A stretch of DNA of 64,000 nucleotides from Rhynchobatus australiae (Eukaryota). Below, one piece after another: positions 63,192-64,000 of this stretch; position 1 is the stretch's first letter; each line of letters opens with the position of its first letter. Under the pieces are notes generated by a model. The model searched no databases. It worked only from the letters and a program-made list of their open reading frames with translations, and was not told where the DNA came from. Location of the stretch: positions 4,088,957 to 4,152,956 of the forward strand of contig JAUZTB010000042.1 of assembly GCA_034780895.1 (NCBI GenBank), given 5' to 3'. Position numbers and translations under genes: made by a program.

Positions 63192-64000
63192 NNNNNNNNN
63201 NNNNNNNNNNNNNNNNNNNNNNNNNNNNNNNNNNNNNNNNNNNNNNNNNNNNNNNNNNNNNNNNNNNNNNNNNNNNNNNNNNNNNNNNNNNGCAGTAATG
63301 AGCCTGTTTCATCAACGTCAGTCCTACAATTTTAACTGCCTTTTGTAAGCATATCCAATAGGTTGAATCATCCAAAATACCAAGTACTGTTTAAATGCCT
63401 TAAATTTTCCAAGTAAATGAATTATTTCCTGTCTTTTAGGGCTCAGTAAAAATCAAAATAGTGGAGAAACAATGAGCTTGAGTAGGTCATACCTGAAAGA
63501 GAAGGAAAAAACCCCAAGGCTAGTTCTGTACCTGTTTTTAATTTTGTTCATCCTTTTAGATTGATGGGTATTGCTGTATCCAAGCAGAATGGCATGGTAC
63601 GAAGTCCTACAATTCTGAATCACTAGTGTTCTCGTAAATGATTGTTGTCAGTCTTGTAATGTAGGAAATGTGAATGCCAATTTGTGCCTAGCATGCTCCC
63701 TCAATTAACGATGTGACAATCAGAAAATCAGTTTGGTCAGGTGCATTGGGAGTTAAATATTGCTCAGGATACCACAAGAAATCTGCTCTTTGATGTTGTA
63801 CCATGGGGTGTTTAATGCTCACTTGGGCAAGACTGTGCCACAGTTTCCTCAAAGTGCAGTACTTAGTGTTACAGTTTTCATGTCGACCTGGATTTTTATG
63901 TCCGTCACTGGAGTGGGTCTTCCTCAGTGGCAGAAGTGCTACAAGTTAGTTGTGGCTGGTACTTGGAACCATCAGTATGACAGGCACCACTGCAATAATG

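Noticed and set aside
63440-63564. Acceptor tttcctgtcttttAG followed by a phase-compatible 41-codon frame ending in a hydrophobic stretch
   Set aside because: It does not resemble the CNOT4 downstream exons I recall (for example KEWQDGLRALLP). The hydrophobic tail simply reflects T-rich DNA, and there is no independent support.
1-64000. Most ORFs in the six-frame track as genes; prokaryotic features (operons, CRISPR, defence systems)
   Set aside because: The DNA is intron-rich vertebrate sequence. Non-exonic ORFs are chance frames, run through N gaps, are antisense shadows of CNOT4 exons, or are decayed retroelement fragments. I saw no repeat-spacer array.

Overview
Eukaryotic (vertebrate) genomic DNA from a gapped draft assembly. 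The window lies inside one gene, CNOT4 (CCR4-NOT subunit 4, a RING E3 ligase), on the + strand. I reconstructed ten coding exons by hand with GT-AG boundaries and a continuous reading frame: 14881-15054, 16533-16730, 17594-17680, 23139-23240, 24507-24632, 30070-30203 (or 30194), 37558-37713, 40370-40427, 43822-44074 and 51434-51931. Together they give about 595 codons covering the C4C4 RING, linker, RRM, C3H1 finger, PPPGL motif and CAF40-binding motif. I found neither the promoter/first non-coding exon nor the usual final coding exons, so they probably lie outside the window. The introns are filled with decayed retroelements: CR1-type LINEs, tRNA-derived V-SINEs with CR1 tails, RTE, Rex1/Babar, Penelope-like elements with hammerhead-like motifs, a Tx1-type relic, L1 scraps and solo LTRs. 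This repeat set suggests a cartilaginous fish (inference). I found no convincing new biological system. The best leads are a 156-nt symmetric exon that I do not recall in canonical human CNOT4, a 9-nt tandem donor at the preceding exon, a ZCCHC3-like Tx1 ORF1/endonuclease relic, degenerate minimal hammerhead motifs, a CRE-rich solo LTR family and a near-perfect 23-bp hairpin. Repeat coordinates are approximate, and family assignments come from motif recognition by eye rather than database searches.
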